From: Mantamonas sphyraenae STR306
Taxonomy: Eukaryota > Protista > CRuMs
Length of the DNA: 64,000 nucleotides
Assembly (NCBI GenBank): GCA_026936335.1
Contig: JAPMXV010000010.1
Span: forward strand, 62,001-126,000
Direction of reading: 5' to 3'
Of this stretch, positions 26,695 to 35,414 are shown piece after piece (within the stretch, counting starts at the first letter, position 1; every line of letters begins with the position of its first letter). Made by a program: the position numbers and the translations under genes. The notes below the pieces were generated by a model, which saw nothing but the letters and a program-made list of their open reading frames with translations, was not told the DNA's origin and did not search any database.

Positions 26695-29600
26695 GCCAGC
26701 GCAACATGGAATACAACCGTACACGAAAACGTGGCCACAGCGACATCATGGTTGACAACGACGATGACGCGGCTCTGCAGCTGGAGATGAGCGGTGCGGA
26801 CCAAAAGCGGTCGCGGTGGCACAAATGCGATTCCCGCCGATGCGGAAACGATGTACAGTTGAAGAATAGATTCTGTAGTGCGTGTGTGCTGCGTGTAAAA
26901 GACCAGGTGGTCGAACTGGGCGAGGAGGAGGATGCGGTCGGCGGACGGAGGCGCGACCGAGGTGTTGGCAGCGTCCACATGTTTCAGGAGGCCATCGAGG
27001 CGGAGGCAGACGATGCAATGGACGAGGACTGGGAGGAAGGTGGGGATCAGATGTACATGGATGAGGCCAGTGTCCTTGGGAATGCGGTGTGGCGCGACGA
27101 AGAAGAAGTGAGGGAGGCTGTGAAAATGCACGGAAGGTATAGCCACAAAACGCAGCCCGTAGAGCTTCAAACGGGACGACAGGGCGGATCAGGGAAAGCA
27201 AAACGACAGAGGGATATCATGTCTATGCTTGGCATCGAGTTCCACGAGGAATTACTGACTCCCACAGGATTGGTGGTCGTATTTGTGGATGTTTCGGCAG
27301 TCTGCTACTCAGCACTGGAGAGCGCGTGTCGTACGACGGATTTGAACAAGCAGCAGGTGCGCGAGTTGGTAAAGCGGTGCATTGAGATGGAAATGGCAAA
27401 CACAGAGCTGCGGATCGACGTGAGAGATGCCAAGAAAGCCGGCAAGCTCCGTTTTGCCCTGTGCTGTGACATCAAGCCAGAGATCGCTGTGGAGGAGGCC
27501 AGATCCATCAGCTATGGGACCCACCTCCGGCGAATTGAGGGCACCCTGGTGCATGTTCAGGCGATGCAGCGACTGCGGCGCGAAATTGCTCAGGAGAAAC
27601 GAGGACGGCCAGCCGGGCCCCTGTCTGCAGACCGACTCGGCCAAGAGCGCCGACTCTGCCTTACAGGAGAGGCTCACATGGCCATGTACCACGCTACAAA
27701 GCATCTGTGCTCGGAGCATGAGGAGCTCATCTTCGGGAACGAGATTGCGGGGTTGGCACAACAGGCCGTGCTTGCAGACCATGTCAAGGATGCCGTGATG
27801 CAGACCTACGCGGAGGAGGACGACGACATCAGTTTCATCATCGCTGTCCACCGGGACAGTGACTGGGCGTATTCTCAAACCACACATCCCGTATTCCTGA
27901 TCCACGACACGCTGGGCACAGCGATGGTGGACGGAATGGACAACCAAGTCATGAGTTTGTCGGCTGCCATTCTGCTTTCCAGCGACATCCAAGCCAGTGT
28001 ACGACCACCACGTCGCAGTGCATTGAACTTGGATAGGGCGTCGCTGGAGCAGCTGCTCGACGACGGAGATCTGCTCACGCACGTGTACGCTCCCATTGTC
28101 GAAAACGACCTATCCATCGCTCACCTCCTGCGTGGCACGTCTGGAAAGCAACCAGCATCGAAACACAGGCTCCTTCTCCAGGAGCACGCTCTCCGCTACC
28201 TTCCGTGGGTTGCGCTGCATATGCAGGTGCTTGGGTTTGAGGACAGCGACATTGCGCGTATCACGTCCCTCCATGCGTGGGGGCGTGTGTTCGATGGGGC
28301 CGTGAAGGACGTGGTTGTTGAGGAGACCTTGCCAGAGGCCAACGTCATCGGCACCGTGCATTTTGACGACGGTGGTGGTGTCACGTCGCTGTTGGATGCG
28401 TTTGTGGCGCAGTTTGCAGTCGAGTCTGACCCAGAGATGTCAACAGCTCATGTACTTCCCGCTGGTGAGGTTTGCCGGCGAGGAAGAGCACTCAAACACA
28501 GTGAAACACTGCAGGATCAACTGCTTGAGCTCAGCGAACAGACGCAGCTACGCTGGGCGAACCAGACCGATCATCGCTCCCCCCACGTCGACTTTGCAGA
28601 CATCGACCACAAAGATCGACACCAGTTCAAGGTAACGGTCGACACAAGCGCCGCGGGCGTCGAGGGGCTTGTTGCGGCGGCGCAGGCGAATGACCACCCT
28701 CCCGTATACACAAACCCATCGGATCTGTTCAACAACATGATCACCGGGAAGAGCTGGACGAGTCTCTGCACACAATGCCTACCCAAGGGCAAGCTGCGCA
28801 AGTCAATTGCGTCGCAACGCGGAGTGATCGGAGTCGATCTGCGCCGAGCGCTTTCCAAACAGCATCGCCTCGTCGCTGCGCTGAAGGAAATGGACATTGA
28901 CACGACCAGGAACTTCTTCGTGGGTACCAACGAAGATCTCGCATCCATCCTTGGTTCCACACCCCCCTCGGCAGAAGAGGCGGAGGTGTGGAAACACAAC
29001 GCCGGCGCAGCAATCGACCGTGTGTTCCAGCTGCAAGGCGACGGAGACGGAGACGGAGACGGAGACGGAGACGGAGACGGAGACGGGGGCTTGCTGTCCT
29101 TGGATCACGTCATTGACACCATCCTTCCTGACAAAGAGGAAGGAGCGGCTGACAATTGGCGTGTGTTTCTTGGCTTGTCCACACCGAACCTCAACGAAGG
29201 GTATGCAGAGCGCCTGGCCTCCTCATCATGCATTTTAGAACTGGGGGCTCTGTCCACTCTCCGCAACCAAGCCCTCGTCACTGAGGATGACGTCGAACAG
29301 CTGCGACGGGTCCAGGCAGTGTTCGGGTATCTCGTTGCAATTCAGCAAGACTTGCTTGAGTGCGGCCAGATTGAACCACACACAAAGGTGGAACGTCTGT
29401 TGGCAAACAGTTGCGTCTGCGAAGAAGGGCGCCTGTACCTGAAGGCACCAGAGGGCCTGGGCGTGGTTTGCGCAGCACATTGCACACAAAACGGTCTGAT
29501 TGCCGCCAACACAGATCTCATACTGCGAAAGAAGCAAGACGGAGGCATTGAGGCTGAGTATCTAGATGGATTGGAGGAGACGGTGGAGAGGGAGGCCATG

Positions 29601-32216
29601 CGGTTGGACATCCTCCCGAAGGGCATGTTTTCGACCTTGTGCAAGCGAGCTGCCGCTCATGTGGTGACAAGCTGGAGGGTAATGCTTACCTCACAGGCCA
29701 ACACGAACCTGATTGACCTGGTTCGAGCTGCTTCCCCGGAACTGGCACACACAGACCTTGCCGCGTTTGTGAATCGCGAACTGGACACCAACGACAGCGC
29801 AGATGGCTACGGCGTCGCCACAGACGCGAAGACGCGCCGGGCATGCAAACGGGCTGTTGAGGATGTGCTGCTGCAGGTGTGCAACGTCTCGTTCAAGGAG
29901 TTCCGCTCGCTCCAGGGCGAGGACACAAAACGCAAGGTCGCCGCCCTCCAGTGCTTTTTCAAGCTCGGTAAGGCCTGCAACTCGACCCGCAAACTCTACG
30001 GGGACAAAAGTTCTTTCCACATCCAGCTGGCCGCCGAACGAGAACGTATCTTCGGGAGCTGGGCCGCTCAAACCATCGCCCGGAATCTCTCGCTGATTTG
30101 CGAGGTACGGGAGGACGAGATGGACAGCAAGCTTGCATGGTCTATCCTCTGTGCTGCATCAACATCCACCCCTGGGGTTTTGGATGGTCCTCCGTCGGAG
30201 GTTTGTCGGCACCGCGCCAAGAGTTGCCAATGTGTTGTGCATCGATGGGTGCGGCAAGTCCAGGTAGCTCGCAATGAGGCTCATGTTCATTCCATGCGTG
30301 CCTCGCTGGCTTGGCACATGATGAATCACGAGGAAGACCTGGTTCAAAGCAGCAGTAGCAGCGGTGGTGGCGGTGGTGGCGGCGACGGTGATGGCGGCGA
30401 CGGATGCGCCCGCAGGCCTCTTTTTTCCTCGACATCGGTTGAGGGTATGCGCATGTGTGCACAGACATGTGCAAACCAAACAGCGCGCATGATCACGTAC
30501 GCTGAAGGCGCGCGTATTCCGGATGACGAGCTGGGTGCGTTTGCTGGTGCGCTCTTGTTCGCGGCGTTCAACCTGTTTGACGTCCTCTCGCCCACACATG
30601 CGCCCCGCTTGGCAAAGACACCCTTCCTCAACGATGGCTTTCTGTCCGTACGCTTGTTCAGCAGCGTGCACATGGCACATGCGCGGCATTGGACAATCCC
30701 TGCTGGCCCCCAACAGCGGCGCTTGTACATGCTAGAGCACCTTCTCGTTCCCGACGAGCGCTTATCCCTGTTTCCAACCCTGAAAGCGTGCATCAACTTG
30801 CTCCGGAATCCCACGGCGACGTCCTGTGACGACACGAAGGACATCGAGGACGCTGACCTCCTCAAGTTTCTTCAAGGTGACTTCTCACTGCTGGAAGATG
30901 CGCCACAGCCCAGGCCTGCTCTTTCTGCGCCTTTTGTGACCCATCCGATTGCGCGATACAACTACTCTGCGGTTGGCAAGGCGGCGCTCCGTGCGACTAG
31001 CGGAAGAGACCCCGGTGCCCACACCCAGGAGCAGCGCAACACGAGACGGCTGATCGACCGTATCGCAGCCGTAGCCATCAGATTGTGCCAGGTGGGTGTG
31101 CTGGTGGCCTCGCACGAGAGTCTGCGGAAGCGGGGGGACGGAAATGGTGGTGGTGAGCTGGCGGCCGACGACGAAACTAAGGCTGTGCACGCATTGCTCC
31201 GTAAATGGCTTCCGCGCTCTGCTGCAAAGCTCATTGCCGTGGGATTGTGCCCAAGGCACCTGGAATCCAGGCGGCCGCATGGAGTGATCCCCTCCTTTTC
31301 GCGGATCCTCCCTCTGAGCCAAGAGGCCAATATGCGACTGCAATTCATTGGAATGGATCCGGGTATGGCGAACGCGCCGTCAGCTCTTGTTGTCCCCCTT
31401 CCAGAGACCGTCCGGGATGGCAACTTGCTGCAATTTGCAACCGCGTACCGCTTCTCGCCACCGTCGCTCGGCGCATTGCTACGCAAGACTGGGATCAAGA
31501 AAGAAAGTGCTCTGCTCTCAAGTAGGGTGCGTGAACGGATGCAGGAGCTGCGCGTGAAAAGAGCAGGACTGTTTGCCGAGAGGCATTCGGAGGCGAGGGT
31601 GGGACGCACGCTGCGCCATCAGTGCAGGGCGGCCTTGACGGTTGAAGAAGCTTCATCAGCTGTCAGTCAGGAGGAGGACAGCCAAAGTGGAGACAGAAAG
31701 ACGCATCATCCACGGGAACAGAAGAGCAGGATTCGAAAGATGCGCGAGCACTGGCTTGCGCAGGTGCGTGCGACCGAGAAGATGCAGTTGGAGAAGGGGC
31801 AACTGCGACGCATCACACTGCTGTGCATTGGTGACGGATACAAGGGTGGCCGTGGTGGTGTGCAGAAACTCGAAGATCTTGCCAAGCACAACATGCTCGT
31901 TGTGCGTGTAAATGAGTGTAACACAACGCTGCGATGCCCCACATGTGGCAGTGTGCACGAGAGCAAGCACGGGAGTGCACGCACTGCGCGTGTCAAGTAC
32001 TGTAAGCGATGCAAAATGCACCGGAACCGGGACTTTGCCAGCGCACAAGCAATCGCAAACAAGGTGTACGCTGCCCTTCGCGGCCACACCATATGGTGCA
32101 TGACCAAGGTTTGGCAACGGAGTCAGATCGGCAGGGCGTTCAGAAGCAAGATTGGTCTGCCAGAGAACGTGGACGGCGAAGCAAAGAACTTGGAGGCGAA
32201 TTCGAGCGCCGGCTGA
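26691..32216 (+). CDS. Giant Fanzor/TnpB-like RNA-guided endonuclease, ~1,841 aa (Fz-A)
   Basis: RuvC-I FIGMDPG (D at 31356), LCIGDG, RuvC-II VNECNTT (E at 31914), zinc ribbon CPTC...CKRC, RuvC-III NRDFASAQAI (D at 32031). The ORF is uninterrupted. Confidence 0.88.
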   Translation: MSQRNMEYNRTRKRGHSDIMVDNDDDAALQLEMSGADQKRSRWHKCDSRRCGNDVQLKNRFCSACVLRVKDQVVELGEEEDAVGGRRRDRGVGSVHMFQEAIEAEADDAMDEDWEEGGDQMYMDEASVLGNAVWRDEEEVREAVKMHGRYSHKTQPVELQTGRQGGSGKAKRQRDIMSMLGIEFHEELLTPTGLVVVFVDVSAVCYSALESACRTTDLNKQQVRELVKRCIEMEMANTELRIDVRDAKKAGKLRFALCCDIKPEIAVEEARSISYGTHLRRIEGTLVHVQAMQRLRREIAQEKRGRPAGPLSADRLGQERRLCLTGEAHMAMYHATKHLCSEHEELIFGNEIAGLAQQAVLADHVKDAVMQTYAEEDDDISFIIAVHRDSDWAYSQTTHPVFLIHDTLGTAMVDGMDNQVMSLSAAILLSSDIQASVRPPRRSALNLDRASLEQLLDDGDLLTHVYAPIVENDLSIAHLLRGTSGKQPASKHRLLLQEHALRYLPWVALHMQVLGFEDSDIARITSLHAWGRVFDGAVKDVVVEETLPEANVIGTVHFDDGGGVTSLLDAFVAQFAVESDPEMSTAHVLPAGEVCRRGRALKHSETLQDQLLELSEQTQLRWANQTDHRSPHVDFADIDHKDRHQFKVTVDTSAAGVEGLVAAAQANDHPPVYTNPSDLFNNMITGKSWTSLCTQCLPKGKLRKSIASQRGVIGVDLRRALSKQHRLVAALKEMDIDTTRNFFVGTNEDLASILGSTPPSAEEAEVWKHNAGAAIDRVFQLQGDGDGDGDGDGDGDGDGGLLSLDHVIDTILPDKEEGAADNWRVFLGLSTPNLNEGYAERLASSSCILELGALSTLRNQALVTEDDVEQLRRVQAVFGYLVAIQQDLLECGQIEPHTKVERLLANSCVCEEGRLYLKAPEGLGVVCAAHCTQNGLIAANTDLILRKKQDGGIEAEYLDGLEETVEREAMRLDILPKGMFSTLCKRAAAHVVTSWRVMLTSQANTNLIDLVRAASPELAHTDLAAFVNRELDTNDSADGYGVATDAKTRRACKRAVEDVLLQVCNVSFKEFRSLQGEDTKRKVAALQCFFKLGKACNSTRKLYGDKSSFHIQLAAERERIFGSWAAQTIARNLSLICEVREDEMDSKLAWSILCAASTSTPGVLDGPPSEVCRHRAKSCQCVVHRWVRQVQVARNEAHVHSMRASLAWHMMNHEEDLVQSSSSSGGGGGGGDGDGGDGCARRPLFSSTSVEGMRMCAQTCANQTARMITYAEGARIPDDELGAFAGALLFAAFNLFDVLSPTHAPRLAKTPFLNDGFLSVRLFSSVHMAHARHWTIPAGPQQRRLYMLEHLLVPDERLSLFPTLKACINLLRNPTATSCDDTKDIEDADLLKFLQGDFSLLEDAPQPRPALSAPFVTHPIARYNYSAVGKAALRATSGRDPGAHTQEQRNTRRLIDRIAAVAIRLCQVGVLVASHESLRKRGDGNGGGELAADDETKAVHALLRKWLPRSAAKLIAVGLCPRHLESRRPHGVIPSFSRILPLSQEANMRLQFIGMDPGMANAPSALVVPLPETVRDGNLLQFATAYRFSPPSLGALLRKTGIKKESALLSSRVRERMQELRVKRAGLFAERHSEARVGRTLRHQCRAALTVEEASSAVSQEEDSQSGDRKTHHPREQKSRIRKMREHWLAQVRATEKMQLEKGQLRRITLLCIGDGYKGGRGGVQKLEDLAKHNMLVVRVNECNTTLRCPTCGSVHESKHGSARTARVKYCKRCKMHRNRDFASAQAIANKVYAALRGHTIWCMTKVWQRSQIGRAFRSKIGLPENVDGEAKNLEANSSAG
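29039..29085 (+). repeat. (GACGGA)n hexamer repeat encoding poly-GD inside Fz-A
   Basis: Seen directly; about 7 in-frame copies. Confidence 0.9.
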
Positions 32217-32395
32217 GGACGGGGCGCCAGAACCGTCAAACAACCAACCAACCAACCAAACATTGGGTGTATTATGCCACCTAGCACAGGGTTGTAATGA
32301 TGTAAGTTTTCCTTTTCCAGCACCGAGACCAAACCCTTTGCGCGAGCTGACTCAATTTGGCTCGAACAGCCTGTAAGGAAACACTTCTCGCGATG
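32217..32395 (+). ncRNA. Candidate omegaRNA of Fz-A (scaffold to ~32373 plus a flank-derived guide)
   Basis: Lies between the Fanzor stop and the right TIR. Stems at 32264-69/32278-83, 32284-93/32332-41 and 32343-48/32359-64. Confidence 0.55.
32352..32373 (-). repeat. Right imperfect terminal inverted repeat of element 1
   Basis: Ends in CCTG|TA; 15/22 match to the left TIR. Confidence 0.65.
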
Positions 32396-32486
32396 TAGGT
32401 TGCACATGCTGGAACTGCCCGCATGGCATCACCACGCCCGCCTTGCACACAGCCACTGACTCCATGTGTTGATCTCCACCTCGCAG

Positions 32487-35243
32487 GAATACATGCAAGT
32501 ACGACCGTCCGGGCTACCAGCTGGACGAGGAGTACACAAAGGTGAGCAAGCCCCTTTTGCCTTCATTCGGCAAGCCCGCCGTGTGCTCACACCTCCTCGC
32601 CACAGTTCATTGCAGAAACCGTGGAAGAAAAGGACCGCCGTTACATCGAAGAGTTGATGCTTCGCATCCCCAAGAAGGATCGCGAGCAGTACCGCGAACT
32701 CGTCCAGGTGGGTCCCGGATTTTTTTTACCGTTGCCAAACACGAAAATGTGTAGGCCCCCCCCCTACTTTGCCCGTTTGCAACACAAGTCGCCGACTCAC
32801 ACCACACCCTTCCACAGACAATGCGATCGGTGGATTCTGCACATGAAAACGCAGACGAAGGAAGCCACGGAGGGCTGGACGAAGGGAGCCAGAAGCCGCC
32901 GCGCAAGGGTCGTCGCAAACGAAACAACAAATCCGTCAAGGTAAGGGCACAGACACAGACAGACACAAGACACAAACATGCACACTTCCCCTACAATCCA
33001 CAGGGAGCCAATCCCAGTGTGGTCTCTCCGTGTGTGTTGTCCTTAGGAGTGTGGGGCTGACACACCTGCGCGGCGCTGGTAGATTCATCGCGGAGCCACA
33101 AAGGGCAAGCCGCAGCACTCGCTGACCGCACGTGAATATCGTATGCGCACACACCTGCGTCCCTCGGTTGGATACAACTTTGTGACAGGCGAAGAAACGA
33201 TGTATGACGATCCGTCGTCATTTGAGACGCACCGACCCAAGTCGCGGTCGTCCTCGCGTGCCTCGCGCGTCTCCCTGGACGTGGATGCGTTTGCCTCGCG
33301 TCCTGCCTCGTCTTCGTCACGTGGCAACCACCGCTCGCGTGGCAGCGTCTCGTCGCGTCCTCGCACGGGCACTCCCAAGTTTTCGCACGTGTCGGACGGC
33401 ATGGTGGAAGTGGCACGCCACATGGCCAAACGCGACGTGCTCCAACGTCCGGGGTCCTCGCTGTCCAACAAAAACCTCAGCTATCTCAACGAGGCTGCTG
33501 TGCGTCCGTCCAGCCGTGCCGCACGTCCCCCGTCGCGACGCCCCATGTCGCGTTCGTCGACTCTGCGACCCCTCTCGCGCACAGGTTCACGTGCGAGCTC
33601 ACGTGCGGGCTCACGTGCGGGTTCACGTGCCAGCGGGCGTGCCGAACTCGCGTGCTTCTACCTCCCATGGCTCGCAGGTGTTGCGCATCCAGCGTGACGA
33701 GGAGAACGGCGGGCATGGGGAAGAGGAAGAGGAGGATGAAGAAGGACAGGGCGATGGAGACGGGGAGGAGCAGCAGCAGCAGGAGGAGGAAGAGGGGAAG
33801 GAAGAAGCAACTGGTGGTGACACCGTACAAGGGGGCAATGAGCTGGTGGACAACGTGGTGGGCAATTACCAGGCGGCCAAGTTCAACTCGCAAAACACAG
33901 GGTACCACAAGCGCACCCAGCCGTTTGCACAGGCCAAAATCACCTTTTATCACACCTCCAACGACTTGTATGGCAAGGAGCAGGATTACACGTCGCGGCT
34001 GGAGCCGTCGCAGCGACGCAAGATGCTGTACAAGCGCAAAATCACCGACGAGGAGTGGGTGCCTGGGGAACACAAGCCCAGCGAGATGTTCATGTCTACG
34101 TACCAACACGAGTTGCTGAGCATGGAAGGACCCATCAACAGTGCCCGTGACATGGAGGACAGCGATGACGAGAGCAGCGACGGCGAACCGGAAGACCGCA
34201 AGGAGGCCACTCGCATGGCTGTCGAGGCCGTCAAGGATCCCATGTGGACCAACAAGGACACCGTGTCGGGCCAGTCGTTTCAGCCGTGGACAGCCATGCC
34301 TGGCATGCAAAAGTTGGACCTGAATCGCACGAACCGTGGCTTGGATGCACACGGCGACACTGCCGCCATCTTCCAGGCCAAAACCGTGGACAAGGATCCC
34401 GAACAGTTCACGACGCTGTACGCCGGTTCCTTCAACAACAGCACGAGCAACGAGGCCACGGACGACTACAAAAAGGTGCACGAGCGGGAGAAGGATCTGC
34501 ATCGCTTCCAGCAGGGCGACGCCGACCAGGTGGCCGACCTGTACGCACGCGGCCTGGTCAAGGACGAACTCATGCCCACTGTGGTGGCCTGGTTGCAGCA
34601 GGCGTCGCCCCAGGAGAAGAACAAGTTTTACGAAGTGTTTGGTCGCATCCACGGCCAGAGTGGCGAGACCACGTACCGTGCAGGCGCCGCCTGGAAGATG
34701 AAACCCAAGGAGCTGAGCAGGCGTGAGTTTGGCGCCGATTTCTACGGCAGCAATGTGGGCGTGGGCATGAGTCTCGCCGCACACCATCCCACCGCCGAGA
34801 TGGAGGGCTCCGACGTCAAGAACCACAACGCTCAGGGTGGCGCACAGCCCGTCACCGAGGAGTATGTGTATCGCAACACCACGTACGGCAAGTCGTTTGC
34901 CTTTTATGACGAGAAGACGTTGGAAACCACGCGTCGCAAGCCCATTTTCAAGGCCCACTCCTCCACGTACAAGACCCCCTTTGGCACGCTGGGAGGCGAG
35001 AACGTGGACATGGAGAAGGAGTGGTGCCAGCCTGCGTACAAACGCTCATTCCAGCCGCCCACGCGCGACCAGCAAGCCTGGGCTGTGCAGAAGCAGGCCA
35101 CAAAAATCCACCACATGGCCAGTGCCTCTATCGGCCGCGTCATGGGTGGCACCGGTGCCTGGAAGGAGGTGGAAGAGCGTGCCATGGCTGCCCTCGACAA
35201 GAAGCGCCGTGCCCGAGAGTTTGCCATGCAAGGACAGCGCTGA
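32487..35243 (+). CDS. Multi-exon protein of unknown function with repeated [ST]xY-x3-[FL] motifs (possible ciliary microtubule-inner protein); 5' exon probably split by element 1
   Basis: Short exons 32487-32541, 32616-32707 and 32818-32940, then a long exon from ~33083 with a 1-nt indel near 33637. Motifs STYQHEL, TLYAGSF, TTYGKSF and PAYKRSF. Confidence 0.6.
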
Positions 35244-35257
35244 CGTGGGCCGAGAGA

Positions 35258-35263
<6 letters not shown>

Positions 35264-35305
<42 letters not shown>

Positions 35306-35336
35306 GAGCATGTGAGAATGCAACATGTTCATTGCC

Positions 35337-35378
<42 letters not shown>

Positions 35379-35397
35379 TGTCTGTCTGTCTGTCTGT
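35264..35397. repeat. (GA)n, (GT)n and (GTCT)n microsatellites between convergent genes
   Basis: Seen directly. Confidence 0.95.
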
Positions 35398-35414
35398 CCT
35401 CTTCCCGCATCACA

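Larger units (their letters stand above)
25235..32373 (+). mobile_element. 7.1-kb IS630/Tc1-mariner-type DNA transposon carrying a giant Fanzor; TA target-site duplication at 25233-34 and 32374-75
   Basis: Left end CAGTGAATTCGAAGCAAACTGA versus reverse-complemented right end CAGGCTGTTCGAGCCAAATTGA (15/22 identical), both flanked by TA. The ends enclose a DDE transposase and a RuvC ORF. Confidence 0.75.

Noticed and set aside
32304-32414. Pairings AAGTTTTCCTT/AAGGAAACACTT and TTCCAGCA/TGCTGGAA as part of the omegaRNA
   Set aside because: The 3' partners lie outside the right TIR in host flank, so they cannot be conserved scaffold if the boundary is correct.
32458-32465. GACTCCAT shared with 52516-52523 as a common element end
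   Set aside because: Here it overlaps the likely CTGAC branch point of a host intron, and an 8-mer match is weak evidence.
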